Below are positions 9,562-20,000 of a stretch of DNA of 20,000 bases, one piece after another. A model generated the notes under the pieces. The model made no database searches. It was not told the origin of the DNA and worked only from the letters and a program-made list of their open reading frames with translations. Source of the stretch: Asterionella formosa. Lineage: Eukaryota. The stretch is from the NCBI GenBank assembly GCA_002256025.1, contig NKIB01012863.1, forward strand, positions 48,864 through 68,863, read 5' to 3'. How positions within the stretch are numbered: position 1 is the stretch's first letter; every line of letters begins with the position of its first letter. A program made the translations under genes and the position numbers.

Positions 9562-10349
9562 AATGGAGATAGGCGTTATACTACGTTAGTGAACCATTTA
9601 TAAAAATACTTAGTAACACTATTAGTTCATCTTGAATAGTTGCTGTGAGCAAAATCTCAAGTACAATCCGCTTTTTATTTGCAACTACATTGACATTTGG
9701 GAGTGACTGAACTGAGTGGCATCAAGAGAGCACTGTCGCTGTTGAACAACAAATCTCCAAGCAGAGTGAAAACGAAGTGTGTGTGTCATTAGCATTACTA
9801 GGTTTCGTTAAATCGTTACTTCGGCCACTTGACCGTTAGAGAAACCAATAAATTCAAGCTTCAGAATTCAACCGTATTCTTCAATGTGGTCCAAAATGCT
9901 AGGGAAAAGATATTCCTCAACGGAGCAAGGAAATTTTAGGATGTCGTTGGTGTCGAATTGTGATTGTACTTGTATTGGTTTTGATGAACTGCCAAAAGAG
10001 AAAAAAAGACTGGTGCTACCCAAGATTTGCCATTCTTATGACAATTTATATACCGGTATACATAGGGAGAGATTCAAGTGAAAGAATAATAATGAGACCG
10101 ACTGAAAGTTACTGTTGGCTGCTAGTATTGTCACCAGGTTGACCATAAAAGCTGGTGATCTGGAAAAGGAGGTTGTGAAGAATGGAACAGCAGCGAATCA
10201 AAATACAACCAGTAATGACTAATATGCGCATTACCCATGAAACAAAAGAGCTCTAGTGACTCCGTCGTACACAATCCTCCATTGAAAAAACCACATACGA
10301 GAAGTCACGAAGTTGTCGAATCCCTAGTAGCTCAAATGAATCTAGAAAT

Positions 10350-11132
10350 TTATGCGTGTGCCTTGACAAAAGCCTTCGTCTCTTCAGTCTCGACGCCAGA
10401 CTCAGCAAGGAACTTGGCAATCAATGATTGGGCCTTCTTGATGCGCTTCACGGAATCATCTGTAGCTTCCTTCTCGACCATACCAGTTCCACCCTCCAAG
10501 ATGGCTTGAGTGGATCCAATCAAAGTGCATGCCTAAAATAAATAAAGGGTGAAACAACTGTATGAGCTTGGTTCATCCAGCAAAATAGTGACTTATACAA
10601 ACTCCATACCTTCTAAACTTACCTGTTTCACATATCCCACGCGAACGTCGCCGTCGGCATTGTTCAAAACTGATTTGGAGATATAGTTTCTAGCGTATCC
10701 GGGGTAGAAACTAATGTCCTTGTTAAAAAGGCGGATTGCCGTCAAAGCAGCTTCGGTGGTATCGGGGTTTTCGATCTTCGCGGCGAGTCTGTCTAGCGAT
10801 ACTCCCTATAGAGTGATGGTTGCGTCAATGATTGGTGAGAAAATAATGAACAGTAACCATGGAAATACAACCACCACAGCTATCTAATTACTCACCAACA
10901 TGTAGATTTGCTTCAAGTCATCAAACTTTGGAACATAGTCCGCTCCTCGTACAGAAGCACTTGCAACTGAAGGCATGAAAGCAGTTGCAGATGCAGCAGT
11001 GAAGGCGATCTGGGCAAACTGACGACGTCCAACCTCAGCCTTCAATTGAGTGGATGCACGAGCATCATGAGAAGGAGCAAAGGCCGCAGTAGAGCCAGCG
11101 GCAAAAAGAGTGAAAAAGGCAGAGATTTTCAT
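10350..11132 (-). CDS. Uncharacterised thylakoid-lumen protein (3 exons: 11132-10896, 10805-10623, 10532-10350; 200 aa)
   Basis: MKISAFFTLFAAGSTAA-FAP (ASAFAP), transit peptide ending TQLKA, twin-Arg GRRQF plus a hydrophobic stretch and ASA cleavage site. Two phase-0 GT-AG introns give a continuous, helical-looking ORF ending KAFVKAHA*. Confidence 0.85.
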
Positions 11133-11717
11133 GGTGAACGGATATTTTTGTCTAGGAAATCTACCTTGTCGAGATTGGTTTATGAAGTTGATCCCTTGCA
11201 GTTGAAGTGCCGACGTCCACAGCAACAATGGTATCACTGTGTTGCCTGCTTTTTCCTAGCAGAAGCAAAGGCCAAGTGGAGCCGCACCCGCACGCTCAGA
11301 TTGGTGTCAGACCACACACGATATACCGTACCCTGGTATGTACCAGGGAAACAGGTGGTACTCCGAGCACTCAATCAGCACTCAGAGTACCAGGTACTAT
11401 ATTACCAGTACATAGCTGCTAACAATAATGATGATGCCAAAAATCAAGCAAATTAAAGATCGCCAAAAGAACCCGGAAACTCTTATACCCGTCGACCGGT
11501 ATGATACCTCGCCACCGCCGCCCCGATTACTGGGAGTACCTGTCATATTGCATACCATATGTAGGAAATCTCAGGGCAACATCGAGTTTGGAATTCCTCT
11601 CTTGAGATTTCATCGGATACCGGTACACGTATTCATCCAAGTTTATATTAGACAGTTTCATATCAGGATATACATCAAAAGCTTAATAGATTGCTTATGG
11701 TACATTACTAACCATCT

Positions 11718-12664
11718 TTAAAAGTTGACATCACGCTTGATGCTGACATTGGCTCCGTTGATGTTGGTTCCATCAATTGGCATGTTCACATTTGCGGTCC
11801 AAGCATTGTCCTTCCATTCGACATCCAAAGAGTCATTGGGCTTGAGAGTAGCGGTCAAAGAGGAATCATCGGAAAGACGACGCTCCCATTCGACAGACAG
11901 GTCTCCTCCGCTAGTAATAGTCGGGGCAACGCGGTTCTTTGAATCCACTTGTTGGGAGATGGTGACTTCTTGGGCACCGCTAGATGCAGTAAGTTTCACG
12001 TTGGTGTCTCCATTGCCATAGTTAATGCGAACATCGGATTCTTTAGTGTCCACGTTGTATCTGGGGTTGACAGTAATGCGAGCACCGTTGGAATCGAATC
12101 CCTTAGTAGCCTCAATGCTCTGAACGCTAAAGTCTTTTCCAGCCGATGCGGTCAATCGAACAGACAGGTCATTTTCTGCGTTGTTAGCATCGATCTCAAC
12201 ATCGGCGCTGTCCAAGCTCTGGGCATCAACCTCAGCACGGGCGGTAACTCCCCATCCAGAGATATCAGTCTTGGCCTTTCCCCAGATTGATCCTGCGATC
12301 CAAAGAGAAGCAAAATGAAAAGTTAGTAAAACATCGTAATTATAGCAACGATTCATTGCAATGCACTTACGAGGAAGGGAAGCAATATCTGAGGTTGGAC
12401 GAGCCGCAGCTTCAATACCGTACGATAGGTCAAGATCACCAGACTTCATGCTATTTTCCCATGAAACGGTTGGGTCAAGTCCATCCAACCCGTTGAAGTT
12501 TCCATCGCGGACAGAGATCTGAAATAGGAAAATAGGCCGGTTGAGGATTGTGTTGATGGTGCAACAAGGTAACTCTTAACATAGGTATGTCTTACCGAGA
12601 GCTGAGGCTTGCCAGCAGCGGCAGTTCCAATGACGGCAAGGAGGGCAATGGCGGAAAGCTTCAT
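11718..12664 (-). CDS. Signal-peptide-bearing predicted beta-barrel protein, paralog A (3 exons: 12664-12596, 12518-12371, 12292-11718; 263 aa)
   Basis: MKLSAIALLAVIGTAAA-GKPQLS spliced to ISVRDGNFNGLDGLDP. GT-AG introns restore colinearity with paralog B. Alternating polar/hydrophobic strands throughout and a C-terminal Phe. Confidence 0.85.
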
Positions 12665-13414
12665 GATTTGCAATTTAAATTTAAGTGTTTGACTTGAAAT
12701 TGTGAGCTTAGTGTGGAGCATTGCTTCAAAAGGTTTTCCCTCATCTACCGGTACTATATCCCGTACCAAAATACGGAGTATCACTAATAATTTTTGGGAA
12801 AGTGTCAACTACTTTAAGTAATGACAGCTATATTAATTTTTGAAGGTGTCAACATAAACTTCAAAATAGTTTGCAGTAACGTTTTTTCGTACTATCCCAG
12901 TACACTTGGACACTGACTCATGCAGAGATGTCAAGCTTGCGGACTAGCCAACGTCATTTTTTAAAAATAAATATCTACAGTTCCGAAGAGTGTATTGATA
13001 TCTTTCTTTGTGAAAGCTGCCAAAAGCAAATGGCAAATCGAACCAAATGGATTTGCCTGTGACATCAATTTCGTGGCTTGTTCGACTACATGATTCCAAG
13101 ACGATGACAGCTGATGATAATCTGACCTATTGGAAAGGAGATTTTGGAAGGAATCCACTCCAAACTCGATTCGGTTTGGTCAATATTTGATAGCGCCGAT
13201 TGACAAGGATTTCATCAACTTCCAGTTGAATCTTTCTAAAGTGTTGATTGTCCCAGCTTCGCTGCTTTTTGGTCGATGGAGAGTTCAATAAGAACCCTGG
13301 TGTCAAGGAATGGAATCTTCACCCGACTTACCTTCGTATCTCCTCACTCAACTCCCGTTAGCGCTCTCACTTGTTCACGACCCCACTCTCCTGAATTCAT
13401 TCAATCGATTCGCC

Positions 13415-14511
13415 ATGAAGTGCTCAATCCTTGCTCTCCTTGCCGTCATTGGAAGTGCTGCTGGTGCTAAACCTTCACTCGCGGTGAGTCTATCGTGTTT
13501 GAAGTCTCCTTGTTCCAATCGGTATATCGTCGCCTTAATCTACCAGTGTCAAGGGAGCGTCGGATTCTAGTTCACAATCGTGTTCGCACAGTTTCATTGT
13601 AAGGCTGTGGGTAGCTCAAATGGGGATCATTTTCTCTTTCATCTACTCCTCAAGTCAAATCATTTGACTTTGATTGTGATCGTCCCAGATATTCAAAATA
13701 AAAATCCCATTCAAATGGCCTTCTCAATATGTTTTATACTATGAAGTTGTCAAAATGCTAATCTGTGTCGTTCGCTTTTCTTCCACAGATCTCCGTTCGC
13801 GATGGAAGCTTCAACGGACTCGACGGTCTTGACCCCACCATCTCTTGGGAGCATTCTGGAAAGGCTGGTGACATGGACATTTCCTACGGAATCGAAGCGG
13901 CTGCCCGCCCTACCTCTGATCTTGCATCCCTGCCTCGCACAATCTGGGGTAAGGCCACGACTGACATTTCTGGATGGGGATTGTCTGCCCGTGCCGAGGT
14001 TGATGCCCAGAACATGGAAAGCGCTGATGTTGAGATCGATGCCAACAACTCTGAGAACGACCTGTCTGTTCGATTGACCGCATCTGCTGGCAAGGACTTT
14101 AGTGTTAAAACCTTGGAAGCCACCAAGGGGTTTGATTCCGACGGAGCTCGTGTCACTGTCACTCCTCGTTTCAATATGGAGACTGAGGAGAAAGACATTG
14201 TCGTCAACTATGACAATGGAGACACCAACGTCAAGCTTACGGCGTCTATCGATTCCCAGAAAGTTACCGTCTCCCAGCAGATTGATTCTAACAACCGTGT
14301 GGCCCCTACCATTTCAAGTGCAGGAGACCTCTCGGTCGAATGGGAGCGCCGTCTTTCCGATGATTCCTCTTTGACCGCCACTCTCAAGCCCAATGACTCT
14401 TTGGATGTCGAGTGGAAGGACAATGCTTGGACCGCAAATGTGAACATGCCAATTGATGGAGCCAACATCAACGGAGCCAATGTTAGGATCAAGCGTGATG
14501 TCAAATTTTAA
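13415..14511 (+). CDS. Signal-peptide-bearing predicted beta-barrel protein, paralog B (2 exons: 13415-13483, 13789-14511; 263 aa)
   Basis: MKCSILALLAVIGSAAG-AKPSLA, then a 305-nt GTGAGT...CCACAG intron, then ISVRDGSFNGLDGLDP...KRDVKF*. Same CDS length (792 nt) and first-intron position as paralog A. Confidence 0.87.
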
Positions 14512-15608
14512 AACTCTCTCAAATTGCCGGTCATTTTAATTTTCTACTTTGAATTCTGCTACCATCGCCCCCCTACTTGATTATTTCATCAATACAAGGC
14601 AAGCACTTCCACCCCCCGCCCCATGTATCAGCAAAAACGCATTCGCTAACCGTCGTGACAGAAAACAACCCAAGTCATCAAGGACTCTCTCGCATGCGTC
14701 AGTATGATATACTGTGTGTTTGTAACTATCTAAATACTAAAGATGTCATTACTTTAAAGTTTTCATTTGTGGTTCCTACTTTCGAGGTTATTAGGAGATC
14801 ATGATACAGCCACCGGGTAGTTATAAGCGAAATGAGGCAGGGATATGTTCTTCCTTTGCATGTCCTAAATGTTGTTCTACCCTTTAATAAATGAGCATTG
14901 TTCAACAAGCTTGGCCATTGATTGACTTCGACGAACGAGCAACTGTACCGGTATGCCTGTCAATCTAGATCCGTCCGATATCGTGTATTGGTTACAGCAG
15001 CCAAGCACTCCCCTCGCCTTCTCAATGTCATAAAATAAATATAGAATGCATACCGTATAGCTATCTAAATATTCATATTGCCTTTCATCTGTTACTGGAA
15101 GATAGTACTCCTAATAGCGTCCTTTGTTCAACCCGGCCGATTGTTTGTTTGCTTACCTGTAGTACTCCTGTACTACTACACATCATAGATTGATCAATAA
15201 TATACACCGGTAAGCAACGCATGGTCGTCGTAACTTAGGAGCATTCTGGTGCCCCTTGTACCAGGTACCAGGAGGTGTATCAGCAAGTTGCAGTGTCTAC
15301 CGGCTGGTACCAGGTACCAGGTACTCGCTGGTACTTTTTGTACCCGGTCGTACTGGGACTGGGCTATCATCATGCGGCATCACGATGCGATGCATAACGG
15401 ATATTATGTGGTGTCGAATGTAACGGTATACACGCACCGTTATTAGTTGTGCCATCCGCGCTCGCCTTTGTCCACATTTATGATACCACAAAAACAGCTT
15501 CAATCTTTATATGATACATATATGTAAGAAATATCATATATCGAGTATTCGGAGAACCAAAGGAAAAATAAATCATATTCTCCTTGACTGAATTGATAAC
15601 ACCTCTCC

Positions 15609-16775
15609 ATGCGTTTCATTACCCTGTTATCGCTTTCCTTGGTCCTCTGTCTAACAGAAGCCACGTTTGTACCAAGAAATGTGATCGCTGATGGTCTTGC
15701 CCTTCACACCGCTACCAACGAGGAACGCCAACATGTCGTACTACCGGTAGTAGTGGAGCCATCATCAACAACAAAGCCGCCACTATCCTCACAGGCAGTT
15801 GCATGGAATTTTCTTCGAGGAGGAGCTATCATTGGTGCCTTTGAAACTCGTGTCCTTTCAGCTGTTGGAATGATGGGAGCTTTGGTAGCCATTATTCAAT
15901 GCAATGGCATTATTCCATTCATCGTTGTGTGTCAAATTGCCATGTTCCGCGAAGCGACATGCGTTGTAGGTATTGTGGATCGCAACAAATGGTGGTGGTT
16001 CTTGACATACTTTTGTGCGTTTCCTGCTAAACTAATACACACAATGCCAACTATATCGACATCCTTGTTGAACTTTGTTGCCCTTGGTATGGCCATGGAT
16101 GGAATTGCGGCATTGGTACTTCAACAGAATCAACAGGGGGTTGACTCGTTTGGAAAAGCTTTGGGAGACTTGGCAGGTAGCAATGTAGCAGCCGTGAGTT
16201 CATCAAATTGTCGTTAACAAGTGTTAGTGCACCAGAAAGGGGGTTGGCAGGAGTGGATTGTTTGAAAGTTTTGCCCTCGCAGGAACTTACCGTGCTGCTT
16301 TCTCATTTTTCAGATACTAATTATAGGTTTTTCTTCATGTTGGATATTGACGATTCAGGAGTATGGCTTAAATTGCGTTGGATATCCAGCTCTTTTGGTT
16401 ATCATCAATGATACAATGGCCTACTTTTGCGGAATGCTCTTTGGAAAACACGCCTTGTTACCCAAGATTTCACCAAAAAAGACATGGGAAGGGTTCATTG
16501 GTGCTGCCATTTTTACAATATCTTTGAGTCTGCCTTTGTGGAACGTATTTTTTGATACTCCCTGCAAATCACAGCATGTATTGTTTCTGGCTGCCTATGT
16601 AAGCTTGGTAGCACCCTTTGGTGGATTCTTGGCAAGCATTGTGAAACGAACCCACGGGAAGAAGGATTTTGGGACCCTCATTCCTGGTCATGGTGGTGTA
16701 GTAGATCGACTCGATTGTCAGTTGTTGGTTGCTCCCTTTGTATATTTGGGGCTCAAGCACTTTGGAGGGGTGTAG
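15609..16775 (+). CDS. cdsA: Phosphatidate cytidylyltransferase / CDP-diacylglycerol synthase (2 exons: 15609-16193, 16314-16775; 348 aa)
   Basis: CTP_transf_1 motifs NDTMAYFCG..FGKH..LPKISPKKTWEG and SIVKR..GKKDFG.LIPGHGGVVDRLDC, plus multiple TM segments and an N-terminal signal peptide. Phase-0 GTGAGT...TTTCAG intron. Confidence 0.93.
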
Positions 16776-17172
16776 TTGTGACTAGTATGAGGAGCGGGAT
16801 ATTTATATACACGGCGTAACAAAAAATTGATGCACAACCGCCCAAAAGTCTACTCTGGTAGGAACGATTGGCTGTTTTCGGAAATCACACACTATGGTCA
16901 CTGTGAACAGGAGTTGAAGCGTAATTACTAGAGAAACGAACACATTTACAGCCATTGTATGATATAACAACACTGAACAAACACTATCCACAACGAATAG
17001 CATGCAATACAGGCAGATAGGTGAAATATAGAATAGATTGTTCAGTGGTCCCCAAATATACCAAAAGGTACTTCGCAAGACTCATTTCATACTGCTAGTT
17101 GTAATAGATAAATTCAAATTACCAAACACCGCCCAACCAAACACAAAAAGAAAGTATCAAAATTTTTAAAAT

Positions 17173-18678
17173 TTAGATATTTTCTCTCAAGACTTGAACC
17201 ACAGATTTGAAAGCAAACCATTCCGGAATGTCTTCTCCTCCTCGCAGCATTTGACGGAACTTGGTTCCAGATAGCTTCATTTCCTTCAACCCCTTTTCTT
17301 TGGCATATTCATCAGTGGTATATCCCTCTTCTTCTGTGTATACCAAATTAAGACTTGGCACTGGCGTAACACCCAACTGGTCCATGCTCGAGTTGGCCAT
17401 ATCTTGAGCTTCGTAGGGTCCATAAAAATCATCTCCAGTAATGGATGATTTAGATCCAGCCATATCACGTCCGACAATGAAATGTGTGCATCCAAAGTTC
17501 TTACGAATGATCATATGTTGAATTGCCTCACGTGGTCCAGCCATGTGCATGGAGTAGGGAAGGTATTCCCACATGACACGAGGGTTGGCTGTTTCTTCTT
17601 TCAATACTTCGTATGTCTTGAATCGGACCTGTCATGCATAATACAAGTGCATGTATATGATGAGAGAGAGTGAGTGAAAATGTGTGAGAATTGAACAAAG
17701 TGAGAAAAAGTTCGATAGTAGGCTACATAGAGCAACAACGTACTTCACCCGAAATATCATCTGCTTGCGTTGGTCCACAAGTGGGGTGTACCAAAACTAC
17801 CCCTCCTGGCCCAACCAGTGGATCATCCAGAGCACGAGTGAATAGTTCATAATGTGCGCGATGGACTGGGTTGCGGCACTGAAATGCCACCACATCCACA
17901 TCATCTGGTAATGATTCTCTGACTTGCTGTGGAGTACGGCAAGGAAAGTCTCTGATTGGCAAATTCAATCCGGTCACCTTGGCTCCCATGTAGTACTTGC
18001 CACGTTGAGTGGCCACCATGAGTGATCCTGGGTGCTCAATTTTGGAAGTCCCATAACAATTAAGACATTCCAAAGGCTTGTTGGGTTCATACTTGTCAGT
18101 GAATTCCAAAAGCGCGATGGGGCGATCTCCATCCTTGATGAGAGCAAACATGCCAGGCTGGAGAGCCTCATCGTCAGTATCAAAGACGACGGGAAGGCCA
18201 AACATGGTTCCATCGGGGAGGGCCATGTCGGCTACAACACTCTTGTAGGTGGTCTCGTCCATGAATCCAGTAATGGGCGAAAATCCTCCATTCATAATGA
18301 GCTCCACATCACAAAGTTGACGAGTGGATGCCTGAATCTCCACATTAGCCTTGGCGATTGCAGCAGCAATGGCAGCGTCGTCCTTGAGCATGAGGTCTAC
18401 GAGGACTCCGCCGTGAGGAACTTGCTTGGCTGCATTGAGTTGTCTGTGCAGAGGTAGTAGTTGTTATAATAATCAGTGAGTACTCAAATGCGCTTGGGTG
18501 ACCACCACACAATTCGACGTCACTTTGAATGGACTCACGTTTGAGGCGCGCGAACAGTCGCAGCAAAAGCAGGATTGTTGTAACTCTTGCTAGCAACTGC
18601 CAAGTTTCGAGGAACAAAGGAATTGGCAGTGAAGGCCGAAGCCGAAACAATAAGGAGAGCACCAACAGTAAGCTTCAT
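17173..18678 (-). CDS. sat: Plastid ATP sulfurylase / sulfate adenylyltransferase (3 exons: 18678-18539, 18443-17744, 17628-17173; 431 aa)
   Basis: VSASA-FTA leader; PHGG, GGFSP..GFM, VAFQCRNPVHRAH, MAGPREA..H..IRKNFGCTHFIVGRDMAG and SGTKFR motifs. Two GT-AG introns join in frame. Confidence 0.97.
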
Positions 18679-19737
18679 CTTGGTGCACGAATGTAGATTC
18701 GTTGTGGTTGGGTTTTGTGAAAATCGCTCCAGTATGCTTACTAGCTACATCATCATAGTCGTTCCTGGTAAAGCTACCGATACCTGGTACCTAGTACCGG
18801 GGTACTGTATTTTAGTTGGTGCATCCGCTAAAATAAATCCCTACCGGTAGAGAGAGCAAACGTGGTCACTTCGCGTCCATACAAACGTCATCACGTATCA
18901 AGAGTTGCTGCCGACTAAAACACTTTCTGTGTGGCGTCCATATAGCGTCTCCAAGGGTGTCCTAACATATTTGTGTATGATTCAACACATAGGGTGGATG
19001 GATGCCCAGTCTAACAACGCTGAATTCTATCAAAACGGATATACAGCCAGACGGGCCAACCTTTCTGTGGATGCCACGATCCTCGCCCCATGTGTGTCAT
19101 GTGATGATACCAGTAAAAAACTACCATGACCCATTGAGTTAGGGTGTTTGCTTGACTCCTCCGACTAATGGTAAATTGAACCGAATTGCGGATCCGTTTG
19201 TTCGATAGTGTCAAAGCAGCATCGATCAATCAAGCTGTCGTCTTAGAATTCTGATTGAACGATTTCATCAGAAGTTACGATGATAATAAAACAGCTAAAA
19301 AGTGATTTCAATGGGTCATGGCAGTATATACTTCTTTCTTCATAACCGAATATAAATTTATATACATTTTCGAGGACGGATTAGGTCATGTGTTAAAGCA
19401 CTTGTCATGCATGTTATTAGAAAGGTGCGATGAAAACCTGGTATGTACACCCTACCTGTTATACCCGTAATGATACATAACGCATTTGTATGATGATGCC
19501 GTGCGCCTAAATAATTTGCCATTTCCGTAGAAGTCAATACCAAGACAAGATATACATATGGTCGCAAAAGAGGTGAAGGTTCAAATCATTATATTGATTG
19601 TCGTATATCATATCACGCGGTGACTTCTAAACTTACCATAATCCGTGTTCTTCATGGTTTTTCGGTCGATCGAGCATTTCAGGCAATCTATCGAGATGAA
19701 CAACTTGCTCCAAATCTCAAACTAATTACATGGCTGA

Positions 19738-20000
19738 CTAGCCTACCAGTAAACTGATGGTTTTCGCACTTTTATCAGCTAGCGTGACCCCGCCTGCCAT
19801 ATCAAAATAAAAGTTTGTCTCATCTATATTTACGATAGTAGCACGATGATACGTCCCTTCAAGAAACATTGCATTTATGTACTGGAGATACTCCTGCATG
19901 ACACTCAGTACATAGCGCGTGTTTTGTGCCTTGTGGGTGATACGACGATACACAATGTTTTGGGATGTGCACCAACGAGCTACACGCTGTTGAATAACGC
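19738..20000 (-). mobile_element. pogo/Tigger-like (Tc1-mariner superfamily, DDE_1) transposase fragment, truncated
   Basis: Frame open from the window edge: ...VARWCTSQNIVYRRITHKAQ...IVNIDETNFYFDM....TLADKSAKTISL. This contains the 'RR.TH' linker and the N.DET first catalytic Asp. The reading stops before the remaining catalytic residues. Confidence 0.75.

Noticed and set aside
9600..10340. Short ORFs in the convergent gap between the PDZ and lumen-protein genes
   Set aside because: Under 70 aa, no motifs or convincing splice structure.
12961..13260. 65-aa minus ORF in the region between the barrel paralogs
   Set aside because: Non-ATG start, stop immediately upstream and no recognisable motif; treated as promoter DNA.
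15508..15540. AT-rich inverted repeat tatatgata...tatcatata upstream of the cytidylyltransferase
   Set aside because: Low-complexity TA-rich sequence forms such palindromes easily.

Overview
Eukaryotic, gene-dense window. Short GT-AG introns and bipartite signal peptides with ASAFAP-type motifs point to a diatom or close ochrophyte. It holds ten intact protein genes: a Deg/HtrA protease, a PAP-fibrillin, a DUF1769-like protein, an intronless bacterial-type HD-domain protein, a plastid PDZ protein, an unknown twin-arginine thylakoid-lumen protein, two head-to-head paralogous 263-aa predicted beta-barrel proteins, a phosphatidate cytidylyltransferase and a plastid ATP sulfurylase. It also contains a decayed, CpG-depleted PIF/Harbinger transposon (~5.5-7.4 kb) and a pogo-like DDE transposase fragment at the right edge. 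The most interesting items are the beta-barrel pair (candidate OEP24-like or porin channels of the complex plastid, with an apparent 3' gene-conversion tract and an intron difference), a recurrent palindromic GGTACC(A/T)GGTACC motif clustered in 5' flanks, and the possible horizontally acquired HD-domain gene. Family calls come from motif recognition by eye; no searches were run.
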